Assembly: GCF_049060185.1 (NCBI RefSeq)
Contig: NZ_JBMEQO010000002.1
Length of the DNA: 64,000 nt
Source: Nannocystis pusilla
GTDB taxonomy: Bacteria > Myxococcota_A > Polyangia > Nannocystales > Nannocystaceae
Reading direction: 5' to 3' (one strand)
Positions 58,909-64,000 of this stretch are shown here, in pieces. The notes beneath the pieces are model-generated. The model was not told the origin of the DNA. It saw nothing but the letters and a program-made list of their open reading frames with translations, and did no database searches. Numbering within the stretch: the first letter of the stretch is position 1; every line of letters begins with the position of its first letter. Made by a program: the position numbers and the translations under genes.

Positions 58909-61900
58909 CTACTTCGGGTGCCCGGCCAGCCAGACGCGCACGGTGGCCTGCTCGGGCAGGTACGCGGGGCCGAGGCTCTCCAGGGTGAGCAGGGCCTGGT
59001 CGACCAGGCCGCGGCCTTCCGGGGCGAGGACGCCGGACACCGCGGTGCGGGCGCGGGCGAGGCCGAAGCGGGCCAGCGCGAGCTCGAGGATGTCGCTGTC
59101 GCTCACCGCGGAGTAGATGGCGATGGCGCGCTCGTAGTGGCCGATGGCCGTCCTCGGGTCGTTGCGCGCGAGGGCGAGGTCGCCGAGGCGGAGGCGGATG
59201 AAGGCGGCCTCGCTGCTCTCGACCTTCGGGTCGCGCTCGCGCTGGCTCTGGGCCTGCTGCAGGTAGTTCGCCGCCTCCTCGAGGCGCCCGGCGAGGCGGT
59301 GGGCCTCGGCGATCCGGCGCAGCGAGTCGCCCAGCAGCGGGATGTCGGGCCGCATGCGGGCCTTGCGGATCTCCAGGGCGCGCTGGTACTTCGCCAGCGC
59401 GCCCTCGAGGTCGCCGGCGCGCAGCAGCATGTCCCCGTGCTGGTCGTCGACGTCGGCGCTGCGCAGCGCGTCGGCGCCGAAGCTCTGCTCGGCGAGCACG
59501 TGCGCCTGCCGGAAGTGGCGCTCGGCGGCGGCGAGGTCGCCCCGGCAGGTGGCCGCCTTCCCGAGGCCGAGCACGGGCATGAAGGCCGCGGAGTCGAGCG
59601 AGGTCTCGCTCGCGCCCAGCACCTGCAACGCGCGGCGGTAGCTGGCGTCCGCGTCGTCGCAGCGGCGCTGGTCCACCGCCAGATCGCCGATGCCCGACAG
59701 CACCCAGTGCAGGTCGGGGGCGTTCGGCCCGAACAGCTCGCTCTGCAGGGCCAGGGCGCGCTGGAAGTAGCCGGCGGCCTCGCGGAAGCGGTGCAGCCCG
59801 GTGAAGCCGATGCCGAGGTTGATCGCCAGCAAGGCGACGTGCGGGTGCTTGGGCCCGAGGCTCGACTCGGCGGCGGTGAAGGCCGCGCGCAGCTGGCGGA
59901 CGCCCTCGAGGGCGTTGTCGCTGCCGACCAGGGCCAGGCCGAGGTTGCCGAGCGCGTAGACGACCTGGGGGTGGTCCTCGCCGAGCACGGCCCGACGCGC
60001 GTCGATCGAGGCGACGAAGTACTCGCTGGCGCGCTGGATCTGGCCGAGCACCGCGTAGGCGATGCCGATGTTGTTGAGGTGGTCGCCGCGCAGCTCGCGG
60101 CCCTCGCGGGTGGTCTCGACGCGGGCCACGAGGCCGTCGATCAGCGGGGCGTCGCTCAGGACCTCGCGGCTCTGCTGCAGGCGGGCGGCGCGGACGAAGT
60201 CGCGGCGGGTGGCGAGCGCGGCGGCGACGACGTCGTGGCCGCTGGCGAGCGCGGTCTGCAGGGCCTCGGTGAGCAGGTCGAGGGCCTCGGTGTGGCGCCC
60301 GGCCTCGCTGAGCAGGCTGCCGCGGCGCAGGCCGATCTCCGCGACCAGCGGCGGATAGGCGAGGTCGCCGAGCTCGATGCCGTCGACCAGCGCGAGGCCC
60401 TGGTTGAACTGGCCCGCGAGCTCGTGCGCCTGGGCCTCGGCCAGCACGCCGCGCAAGCCGGCGACACGCGCGGCGCTGGCGGGATCGTCGGGCGGCGGGA
60501 CGGCCTCGGTGAGCGCGCGGGTGTCGTCGCAGCCGACCAGCGCCGGCAGGTTGGCCGCCGCGGCGCCGGCGTTGCCGACGACCTCGGCGTCGGCGCGCTG
60601 CAAGATCGCCACGAACGCCGCGAGGCTCTTGTGCCGCTGGTCGAGGCACGCGGTGCGCAGGTCGAACAGGTGCGTCGAGGCGCGGCCCTGCTGGTGGGCC
60701 CGGCAGGCGTCGACGCGCATGCCGACGAGCTCGCCGGCGTAGGCGTCGAGGCGGGCCTTCACGCGGGTCCAGGTGTCCTCGGCGAACGGCACACCGGTGG
60801 CCAGCAGGCCGCGCGCGCGGCCGCAGCGGCGGGCCCGTCCCACAGCCCGGCGAGCTCGTCGTCGGCGCCCTCGCAGGTGTCGGCGGCCGGGTAGTACGCG
60901 GCCGCGCCGACGCCGGCGGCGGTGAGCAGGCCGGCGAGGCCGAGGGTAGCGATCCAGGGGATGCTGCGACGCTCGAGCGCGCGCTCGAGCGCCGCCAGCA
61001 GTGCGGGCATCGACGGGAACCGGCGCTTCGGATCGACCGCGAGGCCGCGAGTGACGATCTGCAGCAGCGCGGCGGGGACGTGGCTGCCCGCCGGGGGCTG
61101 GCGGATGGCCCCGCGCGTCACTGCATCGGTGAGCGCCAGGAGGCTGCTGGTGTCGAACGGCGAGACGTCGTAGAGCGCCTCGTAGAGGCTGACGCAGAAG
61201 CTGAACTGATCGCTCTTCTCGGTCGCCGGCTGGCCGAGGAGCTGCTCCGGAGCCATGTACGCGGGGGTTCCGACGACCGCGCCGGTGTGCGTGAGGTGGT
61301 TGTCGAGCGAGCTCGTCAGGGTGCTGTGCAGCGCCGGCGGCGGCTCCTCCTCGACCTCGCGGTCGACGGCGCGGGCGAGGCCGAAGTCGAGGACCTTGAC
61401 CACGCCGTCGCTGCCGACGATCACGTTGGCCGGCTTGAAGTCGCGGTGGACCAGGCCGGCGGCGTGGGCCACCGCGAGGCCGCGGCCGGCCTGCAGCAGC
61501 GTCTCGCGCGCGCGCGCCAGGGCCGGGCCGCCTTCAACCAGGTGGCGAGGTTCTGCCCGCGCACGAACTCCATGGCGATGAACACCTCGCCGTCGTGGTA
61601 GCCGACCTCGTGGACCGCGACGATGTTGGGATGCGAGACGCGGGCCATCGCCTGGGCCTCGCGCAGCAGGCGTTCACGCGCTTGCGGCTCGCGCTGGTTC
61701 GAGTCGTTGCGCAGGACCTTGACGGCGACCTTGCGATCGAGCCGATCGTCGTACGCGGCGTAGACGATGCCCATCGCGCCCTCGCCGAGCCGCTCGAGGA
61801 TGGTGAAGCGACCGATGTGGGCCAGCAGCGAGGGGATCGGGCCGGTGATGGGACGCGCGGGCGGCTCGTGGACCGGCGGCTCGGCGCGCTGGGTGACGAC

Positions 61901-62002
61901 GAGGTCGGCGAGGTCGGAAGACCCGGGCCGCTGAGGCGGCGCGACCTGGGTGGCCGGAGGCGCGATGACGGTTTGGTCGAGTGCGGTCTTCGGCGTCGCC
62001 AT
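58909..62002 (-). CDS. Hanks-type Ser/Thr protein kinase with single TM segment and long C-terminal TPR-repeat domain (~1030 aa); about 2 apparent frameshifts
   Basis: Kinase subdomains GEGAMGIVYAAYD...VAVKVL, HRDFKPANV, DFGLA, GTPAYMAPE; TM GLAGLLTAAGVGAAAYY; many TPR-like repeats. Confidence 0.8.
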
Positions 62003-62099
62003 GGAGGGCAGGCGCCGGGGGCGCGTCCCGAGGATAAAGGACGTGCGAAGGTTCGCCAGGAACGTCTTGTCGTTCGCCTCCACGATTGGGCGGCGGGCA

Positions 62100-62290
62100 A
62101 TGCGGTAAATTTTCGGCGCGTTCTCGCGCTAGCTAAAAGCTTTTATAGTTAACGTAATTTTCAGTATCTAAACCGAAAATAGTCTTGAAAATAAAGTACC
62201 ACTTCGACTCAATCCGACTAAAAAATGTAAGTTTGAGAAGTTTTAAAAGAGTCTTCGGACCACCGATTTTCGCTGGCCGAGCTCCGGGGA
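62100..62290. promoter_or_regulatory. AT-rich (~30% GC) divergent intergenic region between the kinase and the downstream lipoprotein gene
   Basis: Unique composition for this window (for example AAAAGCTTTTATAGTTAACGTAATTTTCAGTATCTAAACCGAAAATAGTCTTGAAAATAAAG). Confidence 0.5.
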
Positions 62291-62330
62291 CGCCACATGC
62301 ACAGGCCAAGAGCCGGAGCCGATAGCCGCC

Positions 62331-63335
62331 ATGAACATCCGCAACCTTGTTCCCTTCGTGATCCTGAGCGTCGCCTGTGTCACTGCCTGTGACGATATGG
62401 ACCAGTACGACGCCGCCGATGAGGACCTCGGCGAGGTTGCCCTGCGCCCGGGCAGCGGCCCCGCGGGCGGCGTGTGGCTGAACACCAGCTCGATCGGCTC
62501 GACCCCGTTCTCCGAGCTCGACCTCTCGGGCGTGGTCCACAAGGGGCCCAGTTCACGGGCGCCAAGCTGCTGCGCCCGGGCAACGTGTGGGTGAACGTCA
62601 CCAGCGGCGCGGTCAAGGACGGGACGCTCGAGGCGAAGGTCGGCACCACGGTCTACCGGGGCGCGGACCTGGTCGGCTCGCGCTGGGAGCTCACCCTCTT
62701 CAACGCCGACACCGACGGCGACGGCGACCACGACGCGGACGACGAGCCCGAGGTGGATGTCGAGCTCCGGATCGCCTCGTTCCAGCAGATCTCGCCGAAG
62801 GAGGCCCATTACACCTTCGAGACCGTCGACGAGCTGGGCAACATCGTCCCGGTGTGCGACGCCGACACCGACGGCGTCCACACGATGGTGCCGATCAAGG
62901 ACCTCACCGTGAACGAGGTCACCGGGCGCATGGGCAAGCGCAGCAACACGCTCTACCTCGCGTGTACCTCGGGCGCGGTCGGCAAGGCGGTGCAGTGGGG
63001 CTACAAGCCGTGGGAGCGGCCGATCGACGAGTTCGAGGTGGCCACCCGCATGGTCCGCGCCGACTACTGCTTCGACGGCACCTCGTACACGCAGACCGGC
63101 ACCCACCTGCAGATCAAGGACAAGTACCAGATCAACACCTTCCTGCGCTCGGACGACCCGACCGAGGCGGTGTGGTCCAAGTCGGGGGTCCGCTGCATCA
63201 ACACCCCGCAACGCCACCTTCACCGCGTCGCAGGTGGTGTGCGGCGGTCAGACCCTGCCGGTCTGCTCGACCACCACCAGCATGACGACCTACTCCGACG
63301 CGCTGTTCTGGACCAAGATCGACGCGTCGATCTGA
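62331..63335 (+). CDS. lipoprotein with ADYC-motif domain (myxobacterial family); about 2 apparent frameshifts
   Basis: [20 protein letters not shown] lipobox; [17 protein letters not shown] motif. Confidence 0.45.
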
Positions 63336-63625
63336 GGTCGGTCGCAGCGGCGCGGGCCGCCCACCGGGTGCGTCGCCTCGACGTGCCGCGCACCCGGTGA
63401 CGAGCGGCCGGCCTTGCGTGCGGACGCGAGTGCGCGGCGACGACTTCGCGGACCGCGAGCGCGTCCTGGTGCGTGGCGCTGGCGTCGACTGGCTCGCTCG
63501 TCTCGGTCGAGCTCGCCGGCCGCGGCGCCGCCCGCGACGTGCATTGTCACGTGACCCGTCTATGGTTCGCGCGCCCGTCGTCTGTGGCACCCTGAGCGGC
63601 CGCAGCGTCGCGCGCCCCGAGCACC

Positions 63626-64000
63626 ATGAACGCAGTCACGTCGACCTCCGGAGGCCCCGCCTCACCGCCGCCGCAGGACGTCGCCGCGGAGCGACGCCAC
63701 CGCATCTTCGCCATCATGGCGGCGTCGTCCGGCAACCTGGTCGAGTGGTTCGACTTCTACGTGTACGCATTCGCGGCGCTGTACTTCGCGCCGGCGTTCT
63801 TCCCCAGTCGGATCCGACCGCCCAGCTCCTCAACACCGCCGGCGTGTTCGCGGCCGGCTTCTTGATGCGGCCGATCGGCGGCTGGCTGTTCGGGCGGATC
63901 GCCGATCGCCTCGGTCGCAAGACCTCGATGCTGCTGTCGGTCATGATGATGTGCGCCGGCTCGCTCGTGATCGCCTGCCTGCCCACCTACGCGCAGATCG
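63626..64000 (+). CDS. MFS transporter, metabolite:H+ symporter (ProP/KgtP-like) family, N-terminal part; one apparent frameshift ~63800; continues beyond window
   Basis: [34 protein letters not shown] and [15 protein letters not shown] signature. Confidence 0.7.

Noticed and set aside
58862-60649. 595-aa minus-strand ORF
   Set aside because: Alternative frame of the kinase TPR region; Arg-rich junk.

Overview
This 64 kb window is about 70% GC and gene-dense, and its gene content points to a myxobacterium (Myxococcota). About 60 genes can be supported. Roughly half are predicted secreted lipoproteins, each with a signal peptide plus lipobox Cys and often a Thr/Pro-rich linker. Recognisable products: CobW/COG0523 GTPase, two TetR regulators, an Rph-like PEP-utilising phosphotransferase, an S8 subtilase, an ECF sigma/anti-sigma pair, a VWA lipoprotein, an MBL-fold hydrolase, a fibro-slime-domain lipoprotein, a LysR/SDR divergent pair, a Myxococcus cysteine-rich-repeat plus fibrinogen-like lipoprotein, Lhr helicase with Nei glycosylase, an ERG4/ERG24-type sterol reductase, a DNA methyltransferase, a PQQ sugar dehydrogenase fused to a dihaem cytochrome c, GFA, RpiA, an acyl-CoA desaturase and a Ser/Thr kinase-TPR protein. 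The most notable locus is 25.1-28.8 kb. It has two tandem Family 2B encapsulin shell genes (HK97-fold shell with an inserted cNMP-binding domain), followed by a decayed remnant of geranyl-diphosphate 2-C-methyltransferase (2-methylisoborneol pathway), with no terpene-cyclase cargo gene. The second observation is a dispersed family of short palindromic hairpins built on a GGACATGTCC-like CATG core. They sit just past stop codons at convergent and tandem gene junctions. Important caveat: about half of the genes need one or more frame changes to read through. That means either an indel-rich assembly or extensive pseudogenisation, so exact CDS ends and starts are approximate. No rRNA, tRNA or CRISPR array was recognised.
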